From: Penicillus capitatus
Taxonomy: Eukaryota > Plantae > Chlorophyta
DNA length: 46,000 bases
Assembly (NCBI GenBank): GCA_965649825.1
Contig: OZ287721.1
Span: forward strand, 1-46,000
Direction of reading: 5' to 3'
Part shown: positions 35,149-43,829 of the stretch, one piece after another
Position numbering within the stretch: the first letter of the stretch is position 1
How the letters are laid out: each line of letters starts with the position of its first letter
Translations under genes and position numbers: made by a program
The notes under the pieces: generated by a model
The model's database searches: none
Told to the model about the DNA's origin: nothing
What the model saw: only the letters and a program-made list of their open reading frames with translations

Positions 35149-36299
35149 CTAGCGTGTTAAGGACGGTGCTTCGTACATGGAGTAATCTGGAAGTGTCCCT
35201 ATCTTATTGAGAGGCCAATAGATGAAACAGGCACGGCCCAAGATGTTTTCTGCAGGCAAGGGACCCCACAAATGCGAATCGTAGCTGTTGTTTCGGTTGT
35301 CTCCCATCACAAAGATCTGAATGATCACACACAGGATCAGATGTGTGAGAGTGAGGCTACAAGAGTGACGTTGCGTGGCGGGACAGTGACTTTGTTCAGT
35401 CGGTAGGTTGGTCGTTCTTTCAGGAATGGCTCATCTCGGCGAACACCATTGACAAAAAGCGCCCCGTCTTTGACCTATACTTTGCATGACGTCCATGAAA
35501 TGTGTGAGAAAAGAGTGAGACTTCTAATGTGTCTCCTTCTAGAGCGACGATGCGTTTGATGAACACATCTTCACCGAAGAGACGTCTGGGCACGACTCCA
35601 GGAACCGGACGAAAAATCACCACATCGCCAGGCTGCGGATCTCTAAACCTCATATCATTGTCACGTCACATCATACCAATCCATCATTGTGTGACCTCAG
35701 AAATCGATAGGTAATCTTCTCTGCTATGAATCGGTCTCCGATGTTGAAGATCGGATACATGGACAGAGACGGAATAAAACGTGGCTCCGCAATTCCCCTG
35801 CACCATATCAACTATGTCTGCCGAATGAACTCGACAGGAAGTCTGAGATACCATCGAATGGCATAGGAGACGCCAAATGCGATGACAATGGTCCAGACAT
35901 CGCTGCTATTTAACCGGAACGCTTGTGGCCAGATCGAAGGCCAGCCGTCTCCTTCATTTGCATCCGTTTTCTGTTCGGAGACGACTGTCGGAGGCGGAGG
36001 GCCATCACCGACAGAAGGACTCTCTCCCGTCTGCATACCGGATCGTGTTTCTTCGTCATCTGGGGACAGAACCTTAATTATTCTCGAATTCTCTCCCTCG
36101 TCAAGGCGGTGCCTTTTGTTGAGAAGGCCACACGGAGATTGCCTCGCCGACGCATCAGCGATCTGCCGAATGCCGAATCCACTCGACGGAAACGCCAGCA
36201 ATGCGTTATGCGCTTCGTCGCCGAGAAAGTAGCCGATGTCTCGGTGCGTTTCCTTGGCGATAGGTGTGGCTTATGCGTCAGACGAGCGGAGCTGTGCAT
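35149..36299 (-). CDS. Thylakoidal processing peptidase / plastid type I signal peptidase, multi-exon
   Basis: [12 protein letters not shown] (catalytic Ser), [25 protein letters not shown] (catalytic Lys) and [24 protein letters not shown]; ATG at 36299 gives a transit-peptide-like start if a ~59-nt intron is spliced (inferred). Confidence 0.9.
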
Positions 36300-36860
36300 G
36301 ATGCGAGACGGTAATACGGTACGACAGCGCCGACGTCTTTGTAGATGTCTCGATTTGTAACAACGACGATGTACAGCGATCGGTCGATATATGGCTATCA
36401 GCCGGCGCCTCTCTGACGGATACCTCGGAGAGATATCTTAAAATAGGTTCAGGGACAGCGTCTGACCTTTCCGCTTCGAAATTGCCGCAGGTGTCGATTT
36501 GGCATTAAACGCAGTTCGATGCCGTGATGACGGAGGGATTTGGCGAACAGATCCCTCGTTACTGAAATCCTCTCATGTTACTTAAAGGTTATGCGCACAG
36601 TTAACGAGATCTGCTATGAGAACGGCCTACGGGCTGACTTTGAAGTTCATTCCTACGTGAATAACATGAGCATGATATGCGGAGAAGACAACTGCGAATG
36701 GATTCTGAGCTTTTTGAAATGACGCGACCTTTGCGTTTTTCGATACCTTGTCGAGAAAACGAAAAAGGAAACGGCGAAGAGGCACTGAGCTTGTTGGAAA
36801 AGATTTACCAGCAGTTGTCCGGTCACGTTCAAAGAGTGATCCATCGAGATGTGGCAAACG

Positions 36861-36905
36861 ACGCGATTACGACGAAGGCTTATAGGTTACAAAGATTGAT
36901 TTAAC
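36861..36905 (+). repeat. Diverged copy A of the island repeat
   Basis: ACGCGATTACGACGAAGGCTTATAGGTTACA vs ACGCGCTTACGACGAAGGCGTATCGATTAAA at 43604: 26/31 identical, followed by a shared AAGA.TG..TTAAC-like tail. Confidence 0.6.
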
Positions 36906-37568
36906 GTGTCGTAGGGGACAGCTGTTAGCTTCGCTGTCGTACCATTCGGACAGCTGTCCCCTTCCGGGTCACATCAACGCCTAGGTACTTAATGCGCGTC
37001 CCCTATGCACTCTACTCTCTGTAATCCGTGTGTCTGTGGCTGAACACCTCGACGTAACGTTCATTACTTTGGATCTTATATTCGTCAAACGTCATATCAA
37101 CGCGTCTCCGTGGCAGCTGTACGAAGGTGGACAGCTGTTCACTGACAGGCAGTCGTCATTTATTTCGTGGTATTCCAGAAGCTAATCGACGAGGACGGTT
37201 CGCTCTTTCGCATCCGTCGTGTCGTTGTTGTGTGCCGCGACAAGCGTTTTCGTGTTGACTACATTGTGCTTCTTCGCAACGCCGCACAGAAGCTTTGTTG
37301 CATTTCTTTCTTGGGTGTTGGAATCTGGTTAATGTGGTCTGCCGCCACTTCCCTCCGACGGACGGTCCTTCGCCAGGGATTCTGGGTTGCATGCTTAGAA
37401 ACCTACACAGCAGGTTGCATAACGCATACTATGAAGTCCGTGGAAAGCAAATGTATTGCTCCCGAGCTTAGCAGGAAAGTTTCGGGAAAACTTCGCAGTA
37501 GAACTTGCGGACGTTCGAAAACAAATGATTACGCGGAATAGAAAACGCAGATAGATACAATTAAGTTT

Positions 37569-37649
37569 ATGTCAGCGCCTCGACGCTCGGGCGCGCAGAA
37601 ACGCGCTTACGACAAAGGCGTATCGATTAAACGAAGACTGTTAACAACA
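37569..37649 (+). repeat. 81-bp direct repeat, copy B (also a 27-codon micro-ORF ATG...TAA)
   Basis: 79/81 identical to 43572-43652. Confidence 0.95.
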
Positions 37650-38128
37650 TAATCGTCTGGAATTTAAGCCATTCCGCGGACAGCTGCGCGAAGGTGAACA
37701 GCTGTCCAACGACATGTGCCCACCCCCTTTCCGCGTGCGCAGACTCCGAAAGCGACGAAAATAAACGCAGACGCGGCAACCAAAAACTCTACAGGCTGGC
37801 CAGGAGTCAAAACACGGCCTCCTTCCGATGCTTCTCCCTCTGCGCGGTTCATCCATCTCGATGCAACCCACAGCTTAGTGGCTCTTACGTCTCTGTTGAG
37901 ACTACTTCTGGTTCCACGGAACGTCGTTCAATGCGACACCTCTGTGGCGACCATAACAGTGAAAAAAAACAACTACTACTTCTTCCGGCATCACAGCCGA
38001 TTCATACTTCGTCGGACAACTTCAAAACTTCTCAGGCTTCGGGCTTTCGCATCCAATTCAACTTCATCAGAACATTCATCGTCGTCACCACAGAAGTGTC
38101 TTGGGAAAGTCGCCAGTCTTCAAGGACG

Positions 38129-38133
38129 GAATT
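38129..38133 (+). repeat. Left target-site duplication GAATT
   Basis: Identical to 43410-43414 and directly abuts the 5' LTR. Confidence 0.95.
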
Positions 38134-38471
38134 TGTAGGACATGTAGCCCTTATCTGCCGTCGTCTAACCACCGGAAGTAGTGAGCCGTAGCATAACCAT
38201 CCAGGCGCGCTGACCATCGGTCGCGACGGATGCCGGTTCTCAAGCTAACTTCCTCATAACGTTAGGCATGTGGTTATGCGATATGCACTAGGAGTTCGCA
38301 GCTGTTAGACACTAAGGTTAGGAACTCCCGAACCACCACGAGTATTTAAGGCCGACATTTCGCCTTGTGATTATTCCTGTTCACATCCAAGAGAATCTGA
38401 TTGCGTTTCTGTCGTTCGTTGCGCGAGAGAGCCGACTCTTTCTGAACACGTTGTTACATCGATTCCCGACA
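38134..38471 (+). repeat. 5' LTR, 338 bp
   Basis: Begins TGTAGGACA and ends CCCGACA; no mismatch to 43072-43409 found by eye; TATA-like TATTTAA at 38343. Confidence 0.98.
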
Positions 38472-38473
38472 GT

Positions 38474-38489
38474 TGGTGGACCTCCGGGG
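38474..38489 (+). promoter_or_regulatory. Primer-binding site TGGTGGACCTCCGGGG
   Basis: Starts 2 nt after the 5' LTR; complement is CCCCG-GAGGUCC-A-CCA, a tRNA 3' end with the U70-C71-C72-A73 pattern typical of tRNA-Ala. Confidence 0.85.
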
Positions 38490-38524
38490 CAACAGTCGAA
38501 CGTTTTCTATCGTTTTGACTGACC

Positions 38525-41500
38525 ATGCAGATCGAGTCAATTCCCTTTCCACGCTATGATGGACGCAGTGACCCTAGGAGATGGGTCCACAAGATGACCA
38601 CGCTCTTCCGATTGCAGGAAATCGACGACCTCCCAGGGACGCGCGCTGAAATCGCAATCGCGCTGCTGGATGGACCAGCTGCCGATTGGGCAGAGCTCTA
38701 TTTTGACGCCGCCGCAAACCTGCATGAGCAGTGGGCGGATTGGAGTCAGGCCTTGACCGACCGGTTCGTACGCGAACAAGACCCGGAGCGTGCGCAGGAC
38801 CTCGTCCGACATGTGTTCCAGAAGCGCGGGGAAACGCTGGTTGCTTACGCCGAGCGTTTCATGTTGATGTGCACTAGGGCTCGCCCCGCGTTGGACCATG
38901 ACCGCTATCACAAATATTGGCTGAGGGGGCTGCGCGACGAACGCGCGGCGGAATATGCATTCACAGTACTTGCCGCGTCGGGTTTGGCGCCGACCTTTGA
39001 CCACGCTTTCCGCTATGCAAAGCGCGCGACGGAAGCGAAAACAAACGTCCGTGGACGGGTGGAGACGGACGAAGAAGAAGATGAACCGGAACTGGAGCTG
39101 AGACCCTTGAAACGCGGGGCGACGGTCCGCCGAGGGGACGGAGCCCGTCGACTTGAGAGCTCGAAGCAAAAAACTACAACCATCGTCGCTGAACAACCGG
39201 CGGCGGATGACTCCGACGACGAAGAACTCCGCCAACTCCTCGCCGGACTGACCAGCCTACTCGCAAAGAAGCAAGAGAAGCGGCGAGCGAGACGCGCCGA
39301 AGGCAACGCGACCCGCTTTGTCGAATCCGTATCCGAGAGCGCAGACAATGCGGATGTCGAAGCAACCGCCAGGATGGCGAATGGGGATGGACCCCCACCC
39401 AGTAAGCGACTCCGAGGCGCGTCGGGAAAGAAAGCGCGAAAGCCGCGCAAAAAACCCGAGCTCGACCGAGAATGGGCGGACTACGCTGCCCAAGCATGGG
39501 CCATTCCACTGCGATTCCTGAAAGGACGCAGCAAACGAGAAGTGTACTCCCAGGTGATTTTGGCACTAAGGGATGCCTTTGGCTTCACGCCGAAGCCGAA
39601 GAAAAAGAAAGCCGAGGAAGACCAGCCCTCCGCGTCGGCACCTCCGCCACAGACCGACGTGGAAATGGAGCAACCCGCGCCAGCATCGCCTCCTCAGCAA
39701 ACCGCCCTCGCTCAGAGGCGAGGTGCGAATGAGAAGCGCTGCAAGGTGTTCGTGGCGGGGCAGTTCGTTGCCAAAGTGATTGTCGACCCAGGATCGTCCC
39801 AGAGTATAATGAACAGTGCTTTCGCCAAACAGCATGGCGTGAAACACGCGACTCCAAGCCGGGGCACCTTGCTGTTGGCCGATGGATCCGTTCAAAAACC
39901 CTGGGGACGCACCGACGAGGTGCGCGTCGACGTCGGCGGAGTAGTCGTGCAGCAGACGTTTAGCGTTTTGCCAACAAGGAATTCTTACGATATCCTCCTC
40001 GGCACCGACTGGCTGCGCACCGTCCATGGAAGGGCCAACTTCGACGACGGGACTTACACCTTTGGTGTATCGAAGCGCATTGCCGTTGTTCCTAGATGGC
40101 GCAAGCTTTACTTCGCCAAGGAGCAACCCCGAACTGTGGAAGACGACGACGACGCTTCCGACGCAAGCAGCGAGTCAGATATGGCAGCCGCTCTGGAGGA
40201 GTTGATTGAACAAATGCAAGCCCTCGCCAGCGAGAGTGAAAGTGAGGGTGAAAGCGAGAGCGAAGAAGAATGTTTTCTCGTGCTAAGCGACCAGGTACTG
40301 GGAGAACTGCATATTAACCCAAGATTGCAGCCTGAGGTGCTTTCGGGTATCCGCTCCCTCGTTGGCGAATACGTAGATTGCTTTGCGTTGACCTTTGAAG
40401 ACATGGTCAGAACGCCTCTGATGCAATTTGAAATCGAATTGCGCCAAGGAGAAGTCGCGAAGCGCTGCGGGCGCACGCGACGTTTGGCGCCAAAAGAAAC
40501 CGAATTCGTGAAAGCCCAGATCGATGAGTTACTCAATGCTGGTCTGATCGTCCCCTGGGAAGAAGCTGCCAGACGATTCGGCTGCCCAAAGCGCAAGGAT
40601 CGTTGGCTGTCGCCAATAACTATTGCGCCGAAGAAAGACGGTACCTTTCGTTTCTGTTGTGCCTACCAGAGGCTCAACGACGCCACTATTCCCGACAAGT
40701 TCGTTTTGCCACGGGCGGACGACTTACTCGATCGCGTCATGGGTCACGCATGGTACTCGGCCCTAGACGGGTTCAGCGGATATTATTCCCTAGGGTTACA
40801 TCCCGAGTCCGTAATGAAGACGGCTTTCGCTACAAGCTTTGGCGTCTTCTGTTGGCTCGTTCTCCCCTTTGGGGTGACGAACGGTCCCGCTGCCTACTCA
40901 CGTTTAGTCGAGCAAGTATATGGCGGATTGGATCGAGTCGGCGTCTTCATCGACGACGTCTGTTGTGCACACCAAGACGAGGCCGGCATCGTGGAAGACT
41001 TGCGACGCGTGTTCGAACGCTGTCGCGATGGAGGACTCCGTCTGAAGCCGAAGAAGTGTTTCGTCGGCTATCAAGAGGTCGATTTCCTTGGTCATCGGCT
41101 GTGCCCCGACGGAATGCGCATGGACGAAATCAAAGTCGAGAAAATATTGAAGATGCCTCCTCCCAAGGACAGAAAACAAATGCAATCCCTCTACGGCATG
41201 TTTTCGTACTACCGCCGTTTCCTCAAGAACTTCGCTAGCATAAGTGCGCCGCTGTCGAGCCTCCTGTCGACGCGTCGGGACTTCGAGTGGACTCCCGAGG
41301 CCCAAGGGGCACTGGAGGAGTTGAAGAAGCTCCTGGTCGACGGAGCTGTTCTAGCAGCCGTTGACGAGGACCTCCCTTTCCTGGTCGACACGGATGCTAG
41401 CGCGTATGGAGTCGGTGCCGTTCTGTCGCAAGAGCAAAATGGCGAGGAGCGACCGATCTACTTCTACTCTCGACTCCTGAAAGACGCTGAGACACGATAC

Positions 41501-42964
41501 TCTACCACGGAGCGAGAGGGACTGGCATTGGTCGTTGGCTTAAAGAAATTCCGCGTCTATGTTCTAGGGCGCAAAGTGGTCGCTCGAACTGACCATGCAG
41601 CACTGTCGCACATGCTGCGCAAAACAGACCTAACGGGTCGCATTGCCCGCTGGAAGCTCATCCTCTCCGAGTACGATGTTCATTACGTGACGAGGTCTGG
41701 GGAAAGGCACCGCAATGCTGACGGACTGAGTCGCCTGGTCGACGAAGATTTGGCGCCGCGACCAGTCAATAACGAGGGAGAATGCGATGAATGCCCTGTT
41801 CTCGTGGCCGAAGAGGTTGCTGCTGCGTTCCAAGCTTGTCCAGAGTATGCAGAAGCCCTCTTGACAGCCAACGAACTAGGCAGTCGTTTCCGGTGGGGTG
41901 AGCGCAATCTCTTCTACGAAGACTTAGATGGCCGACGCAGAATTTGCTTGCTACCAAGCCAGGTCCGCGCGGTCATCTCCGAAGAACATTGCGTTGGGCA
42001 CTTTTCCGCTGAAATAACCCTGCAAAGATTGAGACAACGCTACTGGTTTCCAAGGATGCGCAAACAAGTTCACAATGTCGTGAAGACCTGTCAGACCTGC
42101 CAGATGTTTGGCTCAAGACCCCCGATTCGAAGCACCCTCCCCATAGCTGTAGAAGAACCATGGGAGCTGGTTGAGCTGGATACGGTCGTCGGGCTGCCGG
42201 CGACACCTCGGAAGGCTGTTGGATTCGTGACAGCGATCGACTGCTTCACGGGCTACGTAATAACTGAGGCATTGACGTCCATGGGAGCAGCGAAGACCCT
42301 CAAGTTCCTTGTCAATAAAGTCATTTGCGCTTGGGGCGTGCCGCAGAAGATCCTGACGGACAACGGGACAGAGTTTCGAGGCGTTTTTGGCGAGACAGTG
42401 AAGAACCTGAAGATCGAGCACAAATGGTCTACACCACGTTACCCACGTAGCCATGGCAAGGTCGAGAACGTGCAGCGTCTCCTACTCGACCGCCTGAGGA
42501 AGTGTCCGAACCCGCGAAGCTGGGATGAAAACCTTCCGGCCGCGACCTTCGCCGTGAACGCGCGTCGAGGCAAGTTCCTGTCACCACTCGAACTTCTTAC
42601 AGGGGTCGTCCCGAAAAGCCGCACAGAAGTGGATCTGTTGTCCGGCGAACCTAGAGGTAGTGCAGAGCCGCTACAATCCGCCCTCGCCGATCGTCTGACG
42701 AACATGGCGCTCTGCCGCGAGCAGTTTCGTGACTCGTCTAAGAAGAGCCGCGAGTCCTGGACCAAGGAGGCTGGTATGCAGCGTATTGATCCCGGAACGG
42801 AGGTCCGTGTCTATCGACTTGAAAACCACGGAAAACTCGAGGCGACGTTCGAGAAGGGTGTCGTGACGTGGTGGGGGAATCAAGGAGCTTGCAAGGTGTT
42901 AGTGGGTGGCCGCGTGAAGAGAATGCCGCAGTTCTGTGTGAAGCCGTGGATCGCTTCCCAATAA
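38525..42964 (+). CDS. Gag-Pol polyprotein, 1479 aa, single frame
   Basis: Gag (IPFPRYDGRSDPRRW, VFQKRGETLVAY), protease (VIVDPGSSQS, DILLGTDWL), RT (SALDGFSGYY, LPFGVTNGPA, FIDD, VDFLGH), RNase H (TDASAYGVGAVL, TEREGLA, TDH, NADGLSR) and integrase (H..H, CQTC, ELD, TDNGTEF, GKVEN). Confidence 0.98.
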   Translation: MQIESIPFPRYDGRSDPRRWVHKMTTLFRLQEIDDLPGTRAEIAIALLDGPAADWAELYFDAAANLHEQWADWSQALTDRFVREQDPERAQDLVRHVFQKRGETLVAYAERFMLMCTRARPALDHDRYHKYWLRGLRDERAAEYAFTVLAASGLAPTFDHAFRYAKRATEAKTNVRGRVETDEEEDEPELELRPLKRGATVRRGDGARRLESSKQKTTTIVAEQPAADDSDDEELRQLLAGLTSLLAKKQEKRRARRAEGNATRFVESVSESADNADVEATARMANGDGPPPSKRLRGASGKKARKPRKKPELDREWADYAAQAWAIPLRFLKGRSKREVYSQVILALRDAFGFTPKPKKKKAEEDQPSASAPPPQTDVEMEQPAPASPPQQTALAQRRGANEKRCKVFVAGQFVAKVIVDPGSSQSIMNSAFAKQHGVKHATPSRGTLLLADGSVQKPWGRTDEVRVDVGGVVVQQTFSVLPTRNSYDILLGTDWLRTVHGRANFDDGTYTFGVSKRIAVVPRWRKLYFAKEQPRTVEDDDDASDASSESDMAAALEELIEQMQALASESESEGESESEEECFLVLSDQVLGELHINPRLQPEVLSGIRSLVGEYVDCFALTFEDMVRTPLMQFEIELRQGEVAKRCGRTRRLAPKETEFVKAQIDELLNAGLIVPWEEAARRFGCPKRKDRWLSPITIAPKKDGTFRFCCAYQRLNDATIPDKFVLPRADDLLDRVMGHAWYSALDGFSGYYSLGLHPESVMKTAFATSFGVFCWLVLPFGVTNGPAAYSRLVEQVYGGLDRVGVFIDDVCCAHQDEAGIVEDLRRVFERCRDGGLRLKPKKCFVGYQEVDFLGHRLCPDGMRMDEIKVEKILKMPPPKDRKQMQSLYGMFSYYRRFLKNFASISAPLSSLLSTRRDFEWTPEAQGALEELKKLLVDGAVLAAVDEDLPFLVDTDASAYGVGAVLSQEQNGEERPIYFYSRLLKDAETRYSTTEREGLALVVGLKKFRVYVLGRKVVARTDHAALSHMLRKTDLTGRIARWKLILSEYDVHYVTRSGERHRNADGLSRLVDEDLAPRPVNNEGECDECPVLVAEEVAAAFQACPEYAEALLTANELGSRFRWGERNLFYEDLDGRRRICLLPSQVRAVISEEHCVGHFSAEITLQRLRQRYWFPRMRKQVHNVVKTCQTCQMFGSRPPIRSTLPIAVEEPWELVELDTVVGLPATPRKAVGFVTAIDCFTGYVITEALTSMGAAKTLKFLVNKVICAWGVPQKILTDNGTEFRGVFGETVKNLKIEHKWSTPRYPRSHGKVENVQRLLLDRLRKCPNPRSWDENLPAATFAVNARRGKFLSPLELLTGVVPKSRTEVDLLSGEPRGSAEPLQSALADRLTNMALCREQFRDSSKKSRESWTKEAGMQRIDPGTEVRVYRLENHGKLEATFEKGVVTWWGNQGACKVLVGGRVKRMPQFCVKPWIASQ

Positions 42965-43054
42965 AGTCGTCTTGTGCCCATTGATTCTACCTTTCCCTAG
43001 GCAAGGCTGTTTTCCTTTTCGTTGTGTCACTTAAACGTCGGGACGAGACGTGTT

Positions 43055-43067
43055 AAGTGAGGAGGAG
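43055..43067 (+). promoter_or_regulatory. Polypurine tract AAGTGAGGAGGAG
   Basis: Purine-rich run 4 nt upstream of the 3' LTR. Confidence 0.75.
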
Positions 43068-43071
43068 TCAT

Positions 43072-43409
43072 TGTAGGACATGTAGCCCTTATCTGCCGTC
43101 GTCTAACCACCGGAAGTAGTGAGCCGTAGCATAACCATCCAGGCGCGCTGACCATCGGTCGCGACGGATGCCGGTTCTCAAGCTAACTTCCTCATAACGT
43201 TAGGCATGTGGTTATGCGATATGCACTAGGAGTTCGCAGCTGTTAGACACTAAGGTTAGGAACTCCCGAACCACCACGAGTATTTAAGGCCGACATTTCG
43301 CCTTGTGATTATTCCTGTTCACATCCAAGAGAATCTGATTGCGTTTCTGTCGTTCGTTGCGCGAGAGAGCCGACTCTTTCTGAACACGTTGTTACATCGA
43401 TTCCCGACA
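43072..43409 (+). repeat. 3' LTR, 338 bp
   Basis: Same sequence as the 5' LTR by eye. Confidence 0.98.
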
Positions 43410-43414
43410 GAATT
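43410..43414 (+). repeat. Right target-site duplication GAATT
   Basis: Identical to 38129-38133. Confidence 0.95.
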
Positions 43415-43571
43415 CTATCGCCGGAATCTTCGTAAACTGAGTCTATCTTCACGTTCTTCTAAAGCGCAACAATTGCTTCTTCGGTCGGCGAATTCTCTCA
43501 GTCCGAGGAGCGAGGAGGAAAACTACCGCCCATACAGCAACCTCGTGCCTCGTCCGCTCGGCTCCGAAACC

Positions 43572-43652
43572 ATGTCAGCGCCTCGACGCTCGGACGCGCA
43601 GAAACGCGCTTACGACGAAGGCGTATCGATTAAACGAAGACTGTTAACAACA
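43572..43652 (+). repeat. 81-bp direct repeat, copy C (start of a 94-aa ORF 43572-43856)
   Basis: 79/81 identical to 37569-37649. Confidence 0.95.
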
Positions 43653-43829
43653 GTTTATCATCAAAGTTGTTTCTACATAGGCATCTGTGCTATTTACACC
43701 GAAAACGCGAAGATCGCGGCGAAACACAAAAACCTAGCGAAACTTGTTAAAAGGAACGCTCTTCAGATTTTCGCGACAATTTATCTTTCCATCATTCTGT
43801 CACATCCGTCTCTGTCACGAGCATCTGTC

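Larger units (their letters stand above)
38134..43409 (+). mobile_element. Full-length Ty3/Gypsy (Metaviridae) LTR retrotransposon, 5276 bp
   Basis: TG...CA LTRs, 5-bp TSD, PBS, PPT and a single polyprotein with PR-RT-RH-INT order. Confidence 0.98.

Noticed and set aside
1-36300. Alternative nuclear genetic code (TAA/TAG = Gln, as in some ulvophytes)
   Set aside because: Well-conserved genes end at TAG or TAA at the expected C-termini (RER1, HGD, L15, AKR, CFIm25), and long exons contain no in-frame TAA/TAG.
36960-37110. Minus-strand RIKYLGVDV resembling the LINE RT KYLG motif
   Set aside because: It is an isolated 4-residue match in a stop-interrupted frame with no other RT motifs nearby.
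36861-43652. CRISPR-like interpretation of the repeat-spacer pattern
   Set aside because: Eukaryotic context, only 2-3 copies, ~650-bp spacers and no cas genes.
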